A stretch of DNA of 32,000 nucleotides, taken from assembly GCF_008000775.2 (NCBI RefSeq), contig NZ_CP042905.2, positions 60,001 to 92,000 on the forward strand, read 5' to 3'. Origin of the DNA: Promethearchaeum syntrophicum (GTDB taxonomy: Archaea > Asgardarchaeota > Lokiarchaeia > Sigyniarchaeales > Promethearchaeaceae). Below are positions 1-8,352 of the stretch, piece after piece. Below the pieces are notes generated by a model. That model was not told the origin of the DNA and did not search any database. It saw nothing but the letters and a program-made list of their open reading frames with translations. Position numbers and translations under genes: made by a program. Position 1 is the stretch's first letter; the number at the start of each line of letters is the position of its first letter.

Positions 1-68
1 TCGATTTTTCTACGGAATAATGAATGGGCTTCTCGTCCACAGACTTCACACTCTTTTAGCACTGGCAT
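1..68 (-). CDS. 5' end of a CDS that runs off the window edge; N-terminal Zn-ribbon, possibly an MBF1-type bridging factor
   Basis: A reverse-strand ATG at 68-66 opens a frame reading MPVLKECEVCGREAHSLFRRKI to position 1. A CxxC right after the start is typical of archaeal MBF1-like Zn-ribbon N-termini. Only 22 codons are visible. Confidence 0.3.
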   Translation of the reverse strand, partial: MPVLKECEVCGREAHSLFRRKI

Positions 69-190
69 AGTAATTCCACTTATCAAGAATTAAAAAGAAT
101 AAAAAAGTATTCTTCTCATATTTAAATATATTTTTTCCCAAAAAAATTCTGTTATTTGTAAAAAAAAAAATCCCATTTTCATCTAAGGGA

Positions 191-397
191 TTATCCACCA
201 GCTATCCTAGGCAATATTAAAATTTCATCATCTTTTTCCACAAAATCAGAAGGTTCTACTTTCTTACCATTGATTAAGACGACAAAATATCTTGATTCAA
301 GATTTAATTTAGTTAGTACATCATATACTTTCTGTGGATTTTTGACTCGATAAGTGGTCATGGATGACACTTCTTCGATTTTTTCGATATTCTGCAA
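191..397 (-). CDS. Small ubiquitin-like beta-grasp protein of the ThiS/MoaD/SAMP type, ending in Gly-Gly
   Basis: 68-aa ORF ending ...ILILPRIAGG followed by stop. The size and the C-terminal GG are the ThiS/MoaD/SAMP hallmark. The listed start is TTG; an ATG at 361 (MTTYRVKN...) is an alternative. Confidence 0.65.
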   Translation of the reverse strand: MQNIEKIEEVSSMTTYRVKNPQKVYDVLTKLNLESRYFVVLINGKKVEPSDFVEKDDEILILPRIAGG

Positions 398-508
398 AAT
401 TATTCACCCTCCCTGTTTTTTGTTTTCGATAAAGTAATCTTAAAACAATGATAAAAAGGTTACTAATTTGTAAAATAAGGTGTTAATAAAAAAACAAAAT
501 TCTAATAA

Positions 509-1201
509 TTATTTCTTCTTTTTTCTTTTTTGTTTTACTTTCTTCCCTTTTTCTTTTTCATTTGGAACGTTATTGTTGATAAATCTTTGTGTAATATCTT
601 TTTCCAAACAATTTTGAGAATACTCACTTAAAATTTGATTCAATAAACCAATTCCATCAAAATCATAGGTTTTAGCTAAAGAAAGATCATTTTCAAATAG
701 CTTATCAATAATTGTCAAAGCTTCAACGGGAATATTTAAGTTAAAATCCATAGAAAAATAATCTTCCGTTTGTATTGAATCCAAAATCTTTGCTAATTGT
801 GGAGAAAATCCAGCAAAATTTGGGATAATCCCTTTCTTCATCCCTTTTAAAAGATCAGAATTGCTGGTATTTATTTCATCTAAGTAAATACTGAATAATT
901 CCGTAATTTCTGATAAAATTGCATGACTAGTTGTCGGATCGAATCCTGTCGATATTAATAATAAATCTACTTGCCCGATATGATCAAAATCGACCGTTTC
1001 AAAATCCAATAATGAATTTCCTAAACTTATTGATTTTAATTCATTCATTTTAGAACTTTGAAGAAAGGAGTTAGAAAAGGATTTTAGCGCGGAGAAAAAT
1101 GAGAGTAATAAACTTTCATCTATATTTTTATTGCTATAGTCTTTGGAATAAATAGGTATTCCATACTTATCTGCAATAAGTACTGCATCTATATCTCCCA
1201 T
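509..1201 (-). CDS. Hypothetical protein with an N-terminal longin/roadblock-like domain and a polybasic C-terminal tail
   Basis: The N-terminus reads IDAVLIADKYGIPIYSKDY...LLLSFFSALKSFSNSF...LKSISLGNSLLDFETVD...VDLLLIS. This follows the strand-strand-helix-strand-strand pattern of longin/roadblock (MglB, AP-sigma-like) folds. The tail is EKEKGKKVKQKRKKKK. Confidence 0.4.
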   Translation of the reverse strand: MGDIDAVLIADKYGIPIYSKDYSNKNIDESLLLSFFSALKSFSNSFLQSSKMNELKSISLGNSLLDFETVDFDHIGQVDLLLISTGFDPTTSHAILSEITELFSIYLDEINTSNSDLLKGMKKGIIPNFAGFSPQLAKILDSIQTEDYFSMDFNLNIPVEALTIIDKLFENDLSLAKTYDFDGIGLLNQILSEYSQNCLEKDITQRFINNNVPNEKEKGKKVKQKRKKKK

Positions 1202-1266
1202 GATATCCCTTAATTCCTTCCCGTAAAAATAAATGAAAGTATAGAAAAATAAAGGTTAACATTATC

Positions 1267-2517
1267 TTAAAATATTGCTTTAACGTCTTTCAAAAATTCA
1301 GCAAGATGGGATTTTTTGATATGAGGCATTAATACAACTCTTAAGAGATTCCACTGTTTGAATACGCCTAATGCCCACCCTTTCTGTCGAAGTAGCGAAT
1401 TAAATCTATCTAAAGACATATTTGCTTTGGAAGACATCTGAATTCCTAAAACATTCATGGTTGGTTCAGTTGCGATTTTCAATTCAGGAATTTCCTCAAT
1501 TTGATCTTTAAGGTAATAAGTATTTTCTAAACTGTGTCTCACATTTTCTACGAACCCTTGTTTTCCCATAAACTGCATTAATCCCCAAAATGATATAGCT
1601 GAGGCTCCTGGGCGCGTTCCAAGAATATTATAAGATGGAAATGCTCCACCTGCGAGATAAGGTATTTCAAACTTGAAGGAATTTACATTCGAATCTTTAA
1701 CGAGTAATGATCCACTAGGATTAACCGACATTCCCATTTTGTGAGGATCCACTGTATAACTACAAATTTCTGGAACTTTTAGATTGTATGGAGGAAAATC
1801 ATAACCTAATTCTTCCATAAACGGAACAACCAATCCACCAAAGGCCGCATCTACGTGGAAATACTTATTATATTTCCCTGCTAACTTTCCAATTTTTTCA
1901 ATGGGATCAATCAATCCAAGTGCACTCGTTCCTAGTATTCCTACTAATGCTATTGTGTTATCATCAATTAACGATTCATAATGGTCGAAATCCAAATGAT
2001 AATTAGACAATAATTTAGCGCGCTTTACTTTTAATCCCATTAAAATTGCGGCTTTATCAAAACTATAATGCGCGGAATCGGGAATAACAATCGAGGGTTC
2101 TTTAATGTCTAAATTATTTTGTTTTGCCAAAAGCATTGCTATAATATTTGCTTCAGTACCACCAGAAGTAATATTTCCATCGACATATGGATCTCCCAAT
2201 AAATTTCCTAGCATCTCAATTACTTCTTTTTCTATTGCTGCGGTGCCAGGATTCAATCCGCGATCTCCAAGATTTCTATCTATAAATTTAGAATAAATAT
2301 AACGAGCAAAATCATGTGGGGGCGTTGTCATTGCTCCCAAAACTTTTCCGGATGAATAATCTAAATCAATTTTTAATCGGTCTTCTAATTCAGTTAAAAT
2401 TAATGATCTTGATTTTCCTTTGTGAAGTTTTGGAAAATTATTCTCTGAATATCCTATGAAACCTTCAATATTTTGTAGGATGTCGGTTAACGGTTTGCCT
2501 TTGTCACTTAGTTCCAT
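1267..2517 (-). CDS. mfnA: PLP-dependent group II amino-acid decarboxylase (MfnA-type tyrosine/aspartate decarboxylase), probably the beta-alanine source for CoA
   Basis: 416 aa. Carries SGGTEANI, a DAAFGG-type aspartate region and the DPHKMG PLP-lysine motif. Divergently adjacent to panB. Confidence 0.8.
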   Translation of the reverse strand: MELSDKGKPLTDILQNIEGFIGYSENNFPKLHKGKSRSLILTELEDRLKIDLDYSSGKVLGAMTTPPHDFARYIYSKFIDRNLGDRGLNPGTAAIEKEVIEMLGNLLGDPYVDGNITSGGTEANIIAMLLAKQNNLDIKEPSIVIPDSAHYSFDKAAILMGLKVKRAKLLSNYHLDFDHYESLIDDNTIALVGILGTSALGLIDPIEKIGKLAGKYNKYFHVDAAFGGLVVPFMEELGYDFPPYNLKVPEICSYTVDPHKMGMSVNPSGSLLVKDSNVNSFKFEIPYLAGGAFPSYNILGTRPGASAISFWGLMQFMGKQGFVENVRHSLENTYYLKDQIEEIPELKIATEPTMNVLGIQMSSKANMSLDRFNSLLRQKGWALGVFKQWNLLRVVLMPHIKKSHLAEFLKDVKAIF

Positions 2518-2665
2518 TGAATTTAATGCTCCAAATTTAGAAATTATCCGATTTCTAATTTTTTCTCGTGGAAAAATTGATTAAAACTCTTAGTTTGAAT
2601 TAGTATATACTGATCGAAACTACATGTTAAAATAAATTCTCCTTCAAAAGCAAATTGATAGGATA

Positions 2666-3610
2666 ATGTCTGAGAAGAAACAAAAAAAAATAACAGCTCA
2701 ATCGTTCATAACTATGAAAAAAAATGGTGAAAAAATAACAGTTTTGACATCTTACGATTATATCATGGCAAAAGCCCTAGATTCCGCAGGGATAGATGCT
2801 TTGTTAGTTGGAGATTCTATGGGAATGGTGATATATGGTCAAAATTCGACTCTTCCAGTCACTGTAGAAGATATTCTCAGACATACTCAAGCGGTTGCGC
2901 GCGGTACAAATCGTTCTATGGTTATCGCTGATATGCCGTTTATGAGTTTTTCAACACCAGACATTGCTTTGAAAAATGCGGGTAGATTTATCAAGGAAGG
3001 GAATGCCGACGCTGTTAAACTTGAAGGGGGAAGGGAAAGAGTAAAAAGCATTAAAATGATGATAGAATGTGGAATTCCTGTTATGGGACATTTAGGTTTA
3101 ACTCCCCAATATATTCATCAGCTTGGCGGATACAAACTTCAGGGCAAAAATGCTCATGCGGCAGAAAGATTGATTGAAGATGCATTACTTTTAGAAGAAG
3201 CGGGAGTATTTGCAATTGTTTTAGAAATGGTTCCATGGCAAGTTGCGAAAGAAATCAGTTCTCGGATTCAGATCCCCACAATTGGGATTGGAGCTGGGGC
3301 ATATTGTGATGGCCAAGTTCTCGTAGCTCAAGATATGATGGGATTTTCCGATAGAAAACCCTTTAAATTCGTAAAAAAATACGCTGATGTTTGGAATATA
3401 ATGGTAGATGCAGGAAAAAATTATATTAATGATATTAAAAATGGAGAGTTTCCTGCGCAGACCAATAGTTTTGAAATCCCAGAAGATGAATACCAGATGC
3501 TAAAGGATAGCATTGAACATAATCCCAAGCTCAAAAATACCGTTCATGAAGAAGGAAACATCCATAAAAAGGATAAAGAAACAGATATCGGATCGATTTA
3601 TTCCAATTAA
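2666..3610 (+). CDS. panB: 3-methyl-2-oxobutanoate hydroxymethyltransferase (ketopantoate hydroxymethyltransferase)
   Basis: Motifs LVGDSMGMV, ADMPFMSF, AVKLEGG, GHLGLTPQ and PTIGIGAG..CDGQVLV match PanB throughout. There is a C-terminal extension of about 45 aa. Confidence 0.92.
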   Translation: MSEKKQKKITAQSFITMKKNGEKITVLTSYDYIMAKALDSAGIDALLVGDSMGMVIYGQNSTLPVTVEDILRHTQAVARGTNRSMVIADMPFMSFSTPDIALKNAGRFIKEGNADAVKLEGGRERVKSIKMMIECGIPVMGHLGLTPQYIHQLGGYKLQGKNAHAAERLIEDALLLEEAGVFAIVLEMVPWQVAKEISSRIQIPTIGIGAGAYCDGQVLVAQDMMGFSDRKPFKFVKKYADVWNIMVDAGKNYINDIKNGEFPAQTNSFEIPEDEYQMLKDSIEHNPKLKNTVHEEGNIHKKDKETDIGSIYSN

Positions 3611-3675
3611 GATTGCAAAAACCCCAATTTTTTAAATCTCTTTTTATGATAGTCTTTGGAGATGATTTTTAATAT

Positions 3676-4566
3676 TTGAGTATTGAAAATATATATGTTG
3701 GCACTTGTGGATGGAGTTATGATGATTGGAAACAAGTTTTTTATCCCAATGCCCTAAAACAGCAAAATTTCTTAGAATTTTACTCAAATATATTCCGAAC
3801 TGTTGAAATTGATTCTAGTTTTTACCGAATTCCAAGTAAAAATACTGTTTTAAATTGGGCTAAAAATACTCCTATTGATTTTAGATTCAGTGCTAAACTT
3901 CCTCAAGAAATAACACATAAAGCAAAATTGGATTTGAATAAATCAGAAAAATTTTTGAAGTTATACTGGGATAATATTCTTCCTTTAGAAACAAGTGGAA
4001 AAATTATTGCACACCTAATACAATTACCTCCAAGTTTTACCTATGAAAAACATTGGGATAATTTGGAAAATTTCTTAAACCTATGGAACGAATTTCGAGA
4101 TATAAAAGAAAACAAACTTAGATGGTGTCCTGTGGTTGAATTTAGGCATAAATCATGGATGAAGGATAAAACTTTCAACCTATTAAAAGACACGAACACG
4201 GCTTATTGTGCAGTAATTGAACCAGAAATCCCTCCTCGTATGGATATTACTAGAAAAGATTTATTTTACTTAAGATTTCATGGATATGGAAAAAAACCTT
4301 GGTGGAATTATTCCTTTTCCGATAAAGAATTAGATCAATGGGCGGAGACTTTGAATGAGGTTTTTTCAAAAACCCCAAAAGCAGCGAAAGTAGTATATTT
4401 TAATAATCATTTTAGCGGTTATGCAGTTAAAAATGCCCAAGATTTAATGCCAAAAATTGGAGTAAAACCTGTTCAAAATTTAGAACTTATGCAAAAAAAG
4501 GTGACTCAAAAAGGAAATATTAATAAAGCCCGCCGATCCCTTGATAATTGGATAAATAAGAAGTAA
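3676..4566 (+). CDS. DUF72 (YecE/UPF0759) family protein
   Basis: The N-terminus VGTCGWSYDDWKQVFYP...FLEFYSNIFRTVEIDSSFYRIPS and the later YLRFHG motif are characteristic of DUF72. TTG start. The stop abuts the panE start. Confidence 0.8.
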   Translation: MSIENIYVGTCGWSYDDWKQVFYPNALKQQNFLEFYSNIFRTVEIDSSFYRIPSKNTVLNWAKNTPIDFRFSAKLPQEITHKAKLDLNKSEKFLKLYWDNILPLETSGKIIAHLIQLPPSFTYEKHWDNLENFLNLWNEFRDIKENKLRWCPVVEFRHKSWMKDKTFNLLKDTNTAYCAVIEPEIPPRMDITRKDLFYLRFHGYGKKPWWNYSFSDKELDQWAETLNEVFSKTPKAAKVVYFNNHFSGYAVKNAQDLMPKIGVKPVQNLELMQKKVTQKGNINKARRSLDNWINKK

Positions 4567-5541
4567 TTGATAAAAATGCGGATATTATTGATAGGCCCGG
4601 GCAGTATTGGGGTACTTTTTGGAGGAAAATTGGCCCTCGCAGGTAATAGAATTTTAATATATGCTCGCCCTCACTTTTCAACGATTTTGAAAGAACATCC
4701 ATTAAAATTAACAGATATCATCAATAAAGAACATGTGGTCCCGAATTTTGAAAAGGCACCTCCAATTCCAGAATTAATCAAATTAAGCCCACAAGAATTT
4801 CCAAAAATATGCTTAATTACCACTAAATCTTATGATTTAGAGAGCGTTTGCAGAGAATATCAGCCTGTTCTTAACAAAATTCCAATTATTGGATTAATTC
4901 AAAATGGAATTGGAAATGAAGAAATTATTGAGAATAACTATCCGAATTCAATAATTTTCCGTATAATCACATCCCATGGAGCAATGAGAGAAAATATTAG
5001 TCATATTATTCACACTGGTATAGGAAATACTTCAATTTGCCAAATTAAACCTCCATATGAAAACATCTCTGCCGAGAATAAACAGATTATAAAAGAATTT
5101 ACTGATAATCTTCAATATGCAGGTTTTGAATTAAAATTAAATAAAAATCCTTTGGAAGCTATTTGGAGAAAAGCCTTAACGAATATTGGTATAAATGCTA
5201 TAGGTGCTTTGACTCAACTAACTAATGGAGAACTATTAAAATCCGAATCTTTATTAAATTTAATTCGAAAAACGATAAATGAAGCAATATTAATTGCAAA
5301 TAAATTACAAATTCCCCTTGATCCCTCGTTTGATTATGTTCAAAACACACTTGAAGTTCTAAAAAATACAGCAACCAATAAGAACAGCATGTTACAAGAT
5401 GTGCTAAGAAAGAAAAAAACCGAAATTGAATTTTTAAATGAAAAGATAGTGAATTATGGAAAAAAAATGCATATTCCGACTCCAATAAATAAAACTCTAT
5501 CACAACTAATTCATGGATTAGAAAATTCTTATATTTTATGA
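4567..5541 (+). CDS. panE: 2-dehydropantoate 2-reductase (ketopantoate reductase)
   Basis: Rossmann N-terminus ILLIGPGSIGVLFGGKLALAG and C-terminal NSMLQDVLRKKKTEIEFLNEKIV..G....IPTPIN, typical of ApbA/PanE. The likely true start is the ATG at 4576 (MRILLIGPG). Confidence 0.82.
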   Translation: MIKMRILLIGPGSIGVLFGGKLALAGNRILIYARPHFSTILKEHPLKLTDIINKEHVVPNFEKAPPIPELIKLSPQEFPKICLITTKSYDLESVCREYQPVLNKIPIIGLIQNGIGNEEIIENNYPNSIIFRIITSHGAMRENISHIIHTGIGNTSICQIKPPYENISAENKQIIKEFTDNLQYAGFELKLNKNPLEAIWRKALTNIGINAIGALTQLTNGELLKSESLLNLIRKTINEAILIANKLQIPLDPSFDYVQNTLEVLKNTATNKNSMLQDVLRKKKTEIEFLNEKIVNYGKKMHIPTPINKTLSQLIHGLENSYIL

Positions 5542-6107
5542 TAATCTTTCTCATAAACAACCCAACTAGCTCGACGCCGCCGCACTTGAAAATCATGGTC
5601 GAGTTGGGCAACCAGAACGTGTTCAGGATCTCCATGAATATAACTTACATCAACAACAGGTTCGGATGCAGTTAATACTAGATCTTTGGGAACTGGCATC
5701 ATAATAGGAGTGTTCCCACAAATTTGACATTCAATTAGAATATATTTTGTCTCGGTTGTTTCTTTTTTTGTGAGTTCTTCTAATTGATTGCTATTTAATT
5801 TTATTTTAATTGCTTTTTTCATAGGGGGAGGGGGAATTGAAAGGTCAATCTCACTCATATCAAGTTTTGGTTTTTTTAATTTTGTAGATCCTGATATTGT
5901 CTTTAGATTTTTTGGGGATTTTGGAACTTTTGGAGGTGGGGGAGTAGCCTTTTGTGGATTTTTTAATCCGTTTTCAAAAGTTTCAAGAAGATATTTCCAA
6001 GTTTCTCTCCAATGAACAGGGCTATCGCTTTTTTGATTCAAATCATCCTTGATATCTTTCATTTTAACCCAAATTTCTAAAGGTATTGATATAGTTTTAT
6101 TTGCCAT
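5529..6107 (-). CDS. Hypothetical protein: Pro/Lys-rich linker and a C-terminal Cys-containing domain
   Basis: 192-aa ORF. It has a low-complexity PPPPKVPKSPK middle and a C-terminus reading ILIECQICGN...YIHGDPEHVLVAQLDHDFQVRRRR. No family recognised. Its 3' end overlaps panE convergently by 13 nt. Confidence 0.5.
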   Translation of the reverse strand: MANKTISIPLEIWVKMKDIKDDLNQKSDSPVHWRETWKYLLETFENGLKNPQKATPPPPKVPKSPKNLKTISGSTKLKKPKLDMSEIDLSIPPPPMKKAIKIKLNSNQLEELTKKETTETKYILIECQICGNTPIMMPVPKDLVLTASEPVVDVSYIHGDPEHVLVAQLDHDFQVRRRRASWVVYEKDYHKI

Positions 6108-6235
6108 TTTTTTCCCAAAATTGATGTGAATTTATTTTTACTGTTTTATTTAATTTGATTTATAATTATTTAAATTGATTTCTGCAAAAAAATTTATTTA
6201 TTGAGTAAATATTTGTCAATAGCGTAATAAAAAAA

Positions 6236-6754
6236 ATGCGACATCAAAAAAAAAGGTCTTTTCCAACCACATGTAAATTCTGCGGGGCATCAATATTATA
6301 TTGGGAAAGCACTGCAGGTCAGAAAGTTTTCTTTAATCTTCCAATTTATGGTAAACCTATATCTCATCGTTGTAAAAAAAGAAATAAGAAGAAATCAAAC
6401 GTTCTTGAGTCAAATAAAGATCATTTAGAAAAAAAAATTGAAAAGATCACCTTTCAATGCCCTGTTTGTAGTAAAATTTTAAACTCCGATACCGCTCTCA
6501 ATTCTCACATAAATAAATTAAGGAAACAAGATGATTATCATTCAGACTTTTTTGACTCTGCTATGGATTTATTAGTATGGAATGATTCTGAACAAAAAAA
6601 TCTCAACGATTTAGATATGAATCAGTATAAGACAAAACACTCATTTAGTGTTATGAGCGAGCGGTTTATACTAAAAACCAACAAGAATACAGAAGAAGAA
6701 GAGTATCAAAAATTTTTAAGGTTACAAAAATTAAAAAAAAATAAGGAAGAATAA
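6236..6754 (+). CDS. Zn-finger protein (CxxC...HxC treble-clef-like plus a C2H2-like finger) with a basic/acidic helical tail
   Basis: Contains CKFCG...HRC and FQCPVCSKILNSDTALNSHINKL (C-x2-C-x12-H). The stop lies 3 nt before the next gene's ATG. Confidence 0.6.
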   Translation: MRHQKKRSFPTTCKFCGASILYWESTAGQKVFFNLPIYGKPISHRCKKRNKKKSNVLESNKDHLEKKIEKITFQCPVCSKILNSDTALNSHINKLRKQDDYHSDFFDSAMDLLVWNDSEQKNLNDLDMNQYKTKHSFSVMSERFILKTNKNTEEEEYQKFLRLQKLKKNKEE

Positions 6755-6757
6755 TTT

Positions 6758-7384
6758 ATGCCAATAGAATTTGAAAAAATACTTGATGATTTGTTCGCAA
6801 AAGGCATCGTGATTGCGGCTGTTGTTTGCAGACGTAACGGAGAAATAGCCTATAGCTCATCGAACTGGAGTGTTGATCCAGGTGATCTTTCACAATGTAT
6901 TAAAAAGTGGCAATCTCGTGGGCAATTTACTCATTTACAAGATCGTAAATACGCATTACTTATGAATACACCAGAATACTTTAGTGGAATTAATTTCAAA
7001 GATAAAGATTTCTTGTTAGGAGCCGCTTCTCTGGATGAAAACGATCGTTATTACGTAATTGGGTATGCACCTCCAGGAGTTTCAGGAAGAAATGCATACG
7101 TCGATGTTGTACGGGCTGCAAATCAGATGAAAGAAGGGGTATATTTAGATGAAACTGCAAAATTGGGAAAATATGATGATACTCAAGTTGCAGCGGACGC
7201 AAGTGCTGCGGGTGGAATAGTGGATAACTCCTTAAAACAAGAAATTGATGGATTCTTAACTTGGATTCGAGATACAAATGGCTTATCCGGTTACATTCAA
7301 TATTATTTAGATCAAAATGATCCGGTTGTTTTAACAAAAATAGCCAAGGCATATAATGATTTTCGACGTATTTTTGGGTTTTAA
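6758..7384 (+). CDS. Profilin-like protein with a C-terminal extension of about 80 aa
   Basis: The first ~125 aa follow the profilin layout: N-terminal helix (IEFEKILDDLF), IAAVVCRRNGEIAYSSSNWSV, LQDRKYALLMNT, FLLGAAS, YYVIGYAPPGVSGRNAYVDVVRAANQMKEG. This resembles what I recall of Asgard profilins. Not verified by search. Confidence 0.55.
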   Translation: MPIEFEKILDDLFAKGIVIAAVVCRRNGEIAYSSSNWSVDPGDLSQCIKKWQSRGQFTHLQDRKYALLMNTPEYFSGINFKDKDFLLGAASLDENDRYYVIGYAPPGVSGRNAYVDVVRAANQMKEGVYLDETAKLGKYDDTQVAADASAAGGIVDNSLKQEIDGFLTWIRDTNGLSGYIQYYLDQNDPVVLTKIAKAYNDFRRIFGF

Positions 7385-7486
7385 GATCTTTTTTTTCACA
7401 TTTTGCACAATCTTTCTTTTTAATTTTAAAGATTTTTTAAAGTTCACAGATAATTAATTAATAGAAAAGGAGATTTTTGTGGGAAA

Positions 7487-8233
7487 ATGAAATTATTTAA
7501 AATTACTAAAGATGAAATTACTGAAACTAAAAATGTCAATCCTGAGGATATTGTTCTGGTATTAAATGAGGAAATGAAAAAACTTTACGTTTATAAAGGA
7601 GAAAAAAGCACTACTTATAATGAATTGAAATCGGATGCATTATTTGAAAGAATTACCAATCAATTTTTCAATCCAAAAATTTTCTTGATTAAATCCCTAG
7701 ATGTTACGAAACAAGATCATCTTGAAATTGTTCAAGCAAAGAATTTTATAATGAGCCATTTCCCTAATATTAAGAAATTTTGGGTAATGTATTACTTGAA
7801 AAATATATTCTTACTTCATCAAATCCGTAAAAATATAAAAGTTTTCAAAAGTTATGATAAATCTCGAATTTGGCGCTTAAGATTATCAAATACAACAAAT
7901 ATATGGTATTTGAGTATTATAAATACGATGACCTTATTAATTTTGGTTATTGGTTTACTTTGGAAGATAATTTCTTTGGGAAATACAAGTTTTATTAATT
8001 TAGATACTAATACAGTTGATCCTATAGGATGGGCATATTGGTTTGAGAATCTACAGTTGTTTTTTATTATCAGTGGGATCATTCTCATTATTTTACTGGT
8101 TGTAAATCTAATATTTGTTCTTTTTCCAATGAAATTTCCAATATCTCCTTCAAAAATTAAATTAATGACTTCAAATTTGAAAGAATCGGTTCCACATGAC
8201 GTAATTGATAATAAAGAATTGGAAAAGGATTAA
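7487..8233 (+). CDS. Gelsolin/cofilin-like N-terminal domain fused to a two-TM membrane anchor
   Basis: The N-terminal ~95 aa (KLFKITKDEITE...PEDIVLVLNEEMKKLYVYKGEKSTTYNELKSDALFERITNQF..PKIFLIKS) fit the gelsolin-repeat pattern. Hydrophobic helices IWYLSIINTMTLLILVIGLLWKII and LQLFFIISGIILIILLVVNLIFVLF follow. Confidence 0.4.
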   Translation: MKLFKITKDEITETKNVNPEDIVLVLNEEMKKLYVYKGEKSTTYNELKSDALFERITNQFFNPKIFLIKSLDVTKQDHLEIVQAKNFIMSHFPNIKKFWVMYYLKNIFLLHQIRKNIKVFKSYDKSRIWRLRLSNTTNIWYLSIINTMTLLILVIGLLWKIISLGNTSFINLDTNTVDPIGWAYWFENLQLFFIISGIILIILLVVNLIFVLFPMKFPISPSKIKLMTSNLKESVPHDVIDNKELEKD

Positions 8234-8352
8234 ATTTTTTTTTATTTTTAATTTTTTCTGAATTGGAAAACTTTTTTTTTTTCTGCGGACAAATTTTCTA
8301 CACAAATTGAATAATTGCGGAGATAATTTCTACAATAAATACGAATCAGTAA

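Noticed and set aside
5222-5635. 137-aa reverse ORF antisense to panE. Similar antisense or shadow ORFs occur at 2105-2296, 4520-4702, 5788-6015, 6996-7352, 7852-8088, 13285-13503, 14109-14333, 14723-14908, 15576-15797, 16887-17090, 19161-19427, 20579-20773, 28179-28376, 29568-29879 and 30158-30406
   Set aside because: Each lies inside or opposite a longer ORF that has clear family motifs. Their compositions are typical of antisense translation of AT-rich genes.
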